DNA of 64,000 nucleotides, taken from contig OX597838.1 in the NCBI GenBank assembly GCA_951406725.2, forward strand, positions 2,232,001 to 2,296,000, written 5' to 3'. This DNA comes from Octopus vulgaris. Taxonomy: Eukaryota. Below, piece by piece: positions 57,059 to 64,000 of this stretch; position 1 is the stretch's first letter, and the number at the start of each line of letters is the position of its first letter. The translations under genes were made by a program, and so were the position numbers. Below the pieces are notes generated by a model, which saw only the letters and a list, made by a program, of their open reading frames with translations, had not been told where the DNA came from and made no database searches.

Positions 57059-57122
<64 letters not shown>

Positions 57123-57403
57123 ACACGCACACACACATATATATAAACACACAAACATATATATATACTCATATATGTGTGTTTACATTGTTGATAGATT
57201 CATGCTGATATTATTGTTGTTGTTTTTGTTGATGCCGTTCATGATATCTTGTGATGTTTTCATCCATCTTGTATTTGTTGTTGTTGTTGTTGTTGTCTCT
57301 ATCCCCCGCTGGTATTAAATTTGTCGATTTGACGTAAAAACATTCTATTTCGGACGCTGAAACTGTACGGACGATTCTCCACTTCTAAATAAAGAAATCT
57401 GTT

Positions 57404-57614
57404 TTTCTTCTTCTTCTTCTTCTTCTTCTTCTTCTTCTTCTTCTTCTTCTTCTTCTTCTTCTTCTTCTTCTTCTTCTTCTTCTTCTTCTTCTTCTTCTTC
57501 TTCTTCTTCTTCTTCTTCTTCTTCTTCTTCTTCTTCTTCTTCTTCTTCTCCTCCTTCTTCTTCTTCTTCTTCTTCTTCTTCTTCTTCTTCTTCTTCTTCT
57601 TCTTCTTCTTCTTC
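57404..57614. repeat. (CTT)n pure microsatellite, about 70 units
   Basis: Seen directly. Confidence 0.98.
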
Positions 57615-58202
57615 ACTTCTCGACAGCGCAACATCAGCAACAACAACATCAAGACCAATGGAAAACAGAAAAAAAAACATCTCTAACCACATTAACAATA
57701 ATATCAACAGCGGCAACAGCATGATAGAGAAAAACATAACAACAACAACAACAACAACAACGGCGATCGCAACGCCAACAACGTCAACATCAACAAACAA
57801 TTACAGCGACGATTAATAAGAACGACGAGAAAGCAAGCAAACTGACAACGAATAGAGAAACATCAACAACGATACGAAGAACATCTTGGAAACGAATTAA
57901 AGTAACATCGACAACAAGAAGAGAAACATTAGCAACGGCAGATTCGCCAACAACCACATTCGCAACAACAACTGCAACATCAATGATAATAATCGTTGTT
58001 TTTTTTCTTCTTTTGCTATAGGCACAAAGCCTGAAAGTTGATAGAAGGAATTATCGATTATGTCGACTTCCGTTGCACGGCCAGTATTTACTTCATCGAC
58101 CTTTATGAAACAAATGGCTGCATCGTTAAAATTATTTATTTCATGTACAATGTGCCGCATATAAGGAAATGACTGATAGCATTTTGATGGCGAAGCTTAT
58201 CA

Positions 58203-58242
58203 CATCTGGTGTGCATCTGGTGTGCATCTGGTGTGCATCTGG
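58203..58242. repeat. 11-bp tandem repeat (CATCTGGTGTG), about 3.6 units
   Basis: Seen directly. Confidence 0.9.
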
Positions 58243-58279
58243 AGGCACACCGCATCAGTTATGTATGTATGTATGTATG

Positions 58280-58310
<31 letters not shown>

Positions 58311-58328
58311 GTACTATGTATGTGTGTG

Positions 58329-58367
<39 letters not shown>

Positions 58368-58369
58368 CT

Positions 58370-58707
58370 GAAGGTGCATGGCTCAGTGGTTACGGGGTCG
58401 AGCTTACGATCGTGTGGTTGTGAGCTCGAATCCCGGACCGGGCTGCGTGTTGTGTTCTTGAGCAAAACACTTTATTTCACGTTGTTCCAGTTCACACAGC
58501 TGTAGGAATGAGTTGCGACGTCACTGGGGCCAAGCTGTATCGGCCCCTTTGCCTTTGCCTTAGATAACTCTGGTGGCGTCGAGAGGGGAGGCAGGTTTGC
58601 ATGGGCAACTGCTGGTCTTCCACAAACAACCTTGCCCGGACTTGTGCCTGGGAGGGTAACTTTCTAGGTGCAATCCCATGGTTAGTATCGTGACCGGAAG
58701 GGGCCTC
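58370..58707 (+). mobile_element. Full-length SINE family B
   Basis: tRNA-like head; colinear with 15797-16116. Confidence 0.9.
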
Positions 58708-58786
58708 AGATATATATATATATAATCTGAATAATATATATATATTTCATATTTCATGTTGTTTACTGTTGACGTCCTGTACTTAT

Positions 58787-58830
<44 letters not shown>

Positions 58831-59144
58831 TATATATGCATATATATATATTGTTTATAATATTATTTGATTGAACGCCACACATCCATTTCCACGTAAG
58901 TTTAAATATACATATCCATGCATATGCATATATATATGTGCGTGTATATAGGCATATATGTATGTATATACATGTGTGTGTGTGAGTGTGTGTATGTGTG
59001 TGTGTGATTGAATGTAGTTATGTTTCATGTGGCATGACCTAACAGTTTTTCCACGATGCAACTAAAATTCACAAAGGTCCACATCTTTTCAAGGAAAAGG
59101 TTATAGGTTATCCGGCATTTTCTAAAAAAAAATTGATTTTCCTA

Positions 59145-59199
<55 letters not shown>

Positions 59200-59595
59200 T
59201 TCTTGAAATACTGTGTCCCCGTAAGCACTTCAATAGATATTGGTAAAAGTTAATGATTAACAAAAGACTTCAGTTAGAATAATGATGTAAATTAGTACAG
59301 TTGTTGGGAAAACAGGTTTGTTTTTGCTAGAAAATATGAGAAGAAATTTGTTTTGAAATTCTAAATTCTATTTTTGTTTTTGTATTTATTTAACGTATTT
59401 TCTTTCATTTCTGAGAGTTTTTCTTGAGTCCAAACCATCTTTTGAATTGGTTGGTTCTATGAATTCCAAATGAATCGACATTTAACAAATAGAAATGTTT
59501 TTGAAGTAGTTTGTGTTGAATGCATGTCAGTGTATATATACCTAAGGTATTAATAATATACACTGGTAAGAAGGAGAGTGCGGGAGGCCAGTGCT

Positions 59596-59672
<77 letters not shown>

Positions 59673-59989
59673 ATATATATATTCACATATATGTATATAT
59701 TCACATATTCACGTTTGTATGGACATTCATATGTATATACGGATTTACACACATATATACACACACATATGTATATGTACACACATTCATATTTGTACAT
59801 ACACACACACACATATATATATATATACATACATACATATATATATATATGTATATATATATATCGATCTTTAAGCTGTGGTACAGTGGGAATGATGTTG
59901 AAAATCCAAGAATAGATTGGAATTAATTTATTTACATCTTAGCATATAAATGCACATTTAACCGGTTTCAGTTTTGATTTTCAAAACTG

Positions 59990-60262
59990 TATGGTGAACG
60001 GTGTGCCATGGCATAGTGCCAAATATCCTAGTATTTCCATCAAGATACAGGCTCAGATGCAACACCTCGCAGCTTTTGATCATCCTGTCGAAACGCCTGA
60101 AATACGTATATGGGGTTGGTATATATGTCTTGAAAGCAAAACTTGATCTCCTCCAGTCAAGAATTACGGATAAGCCTACCTCACGACAGGAAATGCAGAT
60201 GAGAGCAGAAGTATTGAACTCCCCCATTCACCTGATATCCCATATCAGATTTTTCAAATAGT
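59990..60262 (+). mobile_element. CR1/L2-like LINE ORF2 C-terminal remnant
   Basis: SQLLIILSKRLKYVYGVGIYVLKAKLDLLQSRITDKPTSRQEMQMRAEVLNS resembles the 'LFNxLP...FKxKLDxFL' LINE C-terminus. Confidence 0.6.
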
Positions 60263-60379
60263 GAATGAGGCTACAGTTCTCGAGTTTAAAACTAGTTACG
60301 CCCTCGCAATTTGCATCATTGCTATCGCTGTAATAATCGTTTGTTTTTGAAGCTGTCCGTTCATGTACAGACCGATTGG

Positions 60380-60424
<45 letters not shown>

Positions 60425-60500
60425 TATATATATATATTTATTTATTTATATATATACATATAATATATATATGTAGAAGGTTGAAAAGGGACACACGAGT

Positions 60501-61111
<611 letters not shown>

Positions 61112-61204
61112 CAGTGAATGTTTTGCCGTATAAATGACGTTCATATGAAAATAAAACTGACATCTCATTTTATCAGATTTACATAAAAATATCTTGAAAT
61201 ACTA

Positions 61205-61600
61205 AAAGGTAAATTGTCTGACAGCGAAGACTGGGTTCTCCCGCTGGCGTAGCATTGTGCAAAGTCTAGTTTCCTGATATAGGGTCATCCAGCAGTCACC
61301 CTCTTCACCCAGGGCAGCACTACCTCCTCCAAGCCTCCGTTTTGAGTGTGAGGCCATGTGGGAAGATGAATGGAAGTATAACGTTGCCATTGCTAGTGAT
61401 CAGACCAAACACCATGATGTTGACTGGATGTTTGATTTTTATCAATCTCAGTACATGTTTTGGGGACGCAGAAAGTCAACGGATGTTCTGTGTGTTCACC
61501 ATCTGTTCGTATAGGAGCTTCTGGTGTGAATGCCAAGCAGTGCAGCATGTCAATTCCAAATATTCTGGTAGAGGGAACTGCATCTTTATGCTGATCTTTT
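61205..61600 (-). mobile_element. Tc1/mariner-superfamily transposase remnant (maT/DD37D-like)
   Basis: KHPVNIMVFGLITSNGNVILPFIFPHGLTLKTEA, then frameshifted LEEVVLPWVKRVTAG*PYIRKLDFAQC. Confidence 0.8.
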
Positions 61601-61719
61601 CATAGAAGGTGCCCAACCGACCCTACTCTACTGTGTAATCAACAAAAGGAAAAACAAACAATGAGCCTGCGCGAAATGAAATATATGAAATGGCGACAAC
61701 AATTTACCCATCGTACGAC

Positions 61720-61806
<87 letters not shown>

Positions 61807-61819
61807 GAGATAGATAGAG

Positions 61820-61864
<45 letters not shown>

Positions 61865-61953
61865 TACTATATATATACACACACGCACATACACACACAC
61901 ATATATATACATATATGTATGCATGTATGTATGTATGTATATATGTATGTATT

Positions 61954-61994
<41 letters not shown>

Positions 61995-62039
61995 ACACAC
62001 ATACTGTTGTGTTCTGCGGTTATATCAGAATGCTGTAGA

Positions 62040-62265
62040 AGGAGGTGAGCTGGCAGAACCGTTAGCACGCCGGCCAAAAGTACTTCGCAACATTTCGTCC
62101 GACTGCATGTACTGATTTCAAATTCCGACAAGGTCGACTCTGACTATTATCCCTTCGACGTCTATAAAATAAATACCAGTTGAGCAATGGGGCTCGATGT
62201 AATCAATTTGCACCCTTCCTCATAATTGCTCACCTTCTGGCAAAACCTGAAACCAAAATTAGAAA
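62040..62265 (+). mobile_element. SINE family D
   Basis: 'ggaggtgagctggcagaaccgttagcacgccggccaaaag...tttcaaattccgacaaggtcgactctg...ataccagttgagcaatggggctcgatgtaatc'. Confidence 0.85.
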
Positions 62266-62818
62266 GCCGTCGGCATTCAACCGAAGCAATCGCCCGACTG
62301 GAACCTTCGTGTATGGTTATAGCTGGCAGCGGTAAAATACTGGCTTCTTCCATACTTACCAGAGCATACCTCTGCCGTCGTCTCTTCTCCTTCCTTCAAG
62401 CACTTCGAGTTCATCCTTTGTTGATTTGAGCCAATCTTCTTGGAGCTGTTTGTGTTGGATTGCCTCGAAATCCGCTGTCAGCGGCTATAATTGAGTGCAA
62501 TTGTCTAGACTACATGGAGGTGAACAGGCGCGGTGGGGGTGGGGGTGATGTATGGGGGAGTTTGCGTGCGTTTTTATCTGAATATAGAGAACATTTCGTT
62601 ATATATGTGTGTGTTTGTGTGTGTGTGTGTGTGCGTATGTGTCTATGTATGACTGTATGTATGTATGTATATATGTATTTATGTATGCATGCGTACGTAT
62701 GTATATATAGGCACATACATACATACATACATATATAGATAGATATAGATATATATGTATACTATATATATGTGTGTGTATATATATATATATGTGTGTA
62801 TATATATATATATATAAA

Positions 62819-62850
<32 letters not shown>

Positions 62851-62851
62851 C

Positions 62852-62897
<46 letters not shown>

Positions 62898-63430
62898 ATA
62901 TACATATATATATATACACACACACGTACATAACATACTTAAACACACACACGCAGTAATACACGTACCTACATTCATTGATGCAAATGGCCCGCAAACA
63001 GCATCCAGATATATAAACACATAGACGCACACAGACATGCACACATATACATACACCCATGTATGTGCATATACGTGTCTATATATATATACACGTATAT
63101 GTACACGCAAACACCAAACAAAACATTCGCATATATTTGTAGACGGAGGCCAATCTATAAACATGGTTAGTTAATAGTTAAGATGTTTAAACGTCTATTC
63201 ACCAAGAGTAATTGATGGGCCATTGACGTGTTTATATCATTAGAAGGAAAAAGCTGACATAGAAAATTCGGTGTGGAATTGAGGATTTTCAGAGAACATG
63301 GCTGGAATCGATAGTCATGGCATTAATTTAATTCTAGCCAGCATCATTTTACCAAACATACAAGAGATGGATAGACTTTCTGAAACGTGATTTTCAATGC
63401 GCTTGTTTACGCTTGTCTATGTGTGCGCGG

Positions 63431-63533
<103 letters not shown>

Positions 63534-63534
63534 T

Positions 63535-63672
<138 letters not shown>

Positions 63673-63804
63673 TCTCACACATCTGTATATATTTATGCAT
63701 AGATAGATGGAGGATTGTATATGTATGCTTGTGTCCACGTACAAATATATGCACTTATGTATGTGTATGTCTTTACATATAAAATCTAGTATGTATGTGT
63801 GTTT

Positions 63805-63845
<41 letters not shown>

Positions 63846-64000
63846 CGCGGGCGTATGTCTGAGCATGCCAGCGTGTTAAGTGGGACTTGGTTTCACGTCT
63901 TCTGCTAGAAAGAGAAGACAATTTTATTTTAGTATAATATAAATATATATTTACTAAGAAAACAGAAGGTACGCACTCTGACACTGGTTAATTACTTTCA

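Noticed and set aside
62350-62490. Possible exon on the minus strand ending in GTAAGT
   Set aside because: No recognisable protein or clear acceptor; may be a decayed LINE C-terminus.

Overview
Eukaryotic, AT-rich, extremely microsatellite-dense DNA (TA, CA, GA, ATCT, TAA, TAG, CTT, GAT and GGT runs). No intact protein-coding gene is recognisable, and nearly all supplied ORFs are translations of simple repeats. The interspersed repeats resemble, from memory, octopus (coleoid cephalopod) families, so this is probably intronic or intergenic octopus DNA (inference). Contents: several SINE families, CR1/L2-like LINE remnants, RLE-type (Dong/R4-like) LINE 3' fragments nested in (TAA)n, Tc1/mariner remnants and foldback elements. 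The main hidden signal is a set of minimal type I hammerhead ribozyme (HHR) motifs with palindromic helix III and GUA cleavage triplets. They sit in at least five unrelated short elements embedded in (TA)n runs, two of them as inverted pairs, which suggests Penelope-like pseudo-LTRs or retrozymes that target microsatellites. A short (TTAGGG)n tract also replaces the catalytic segment of a LINE reverse transcriptase.
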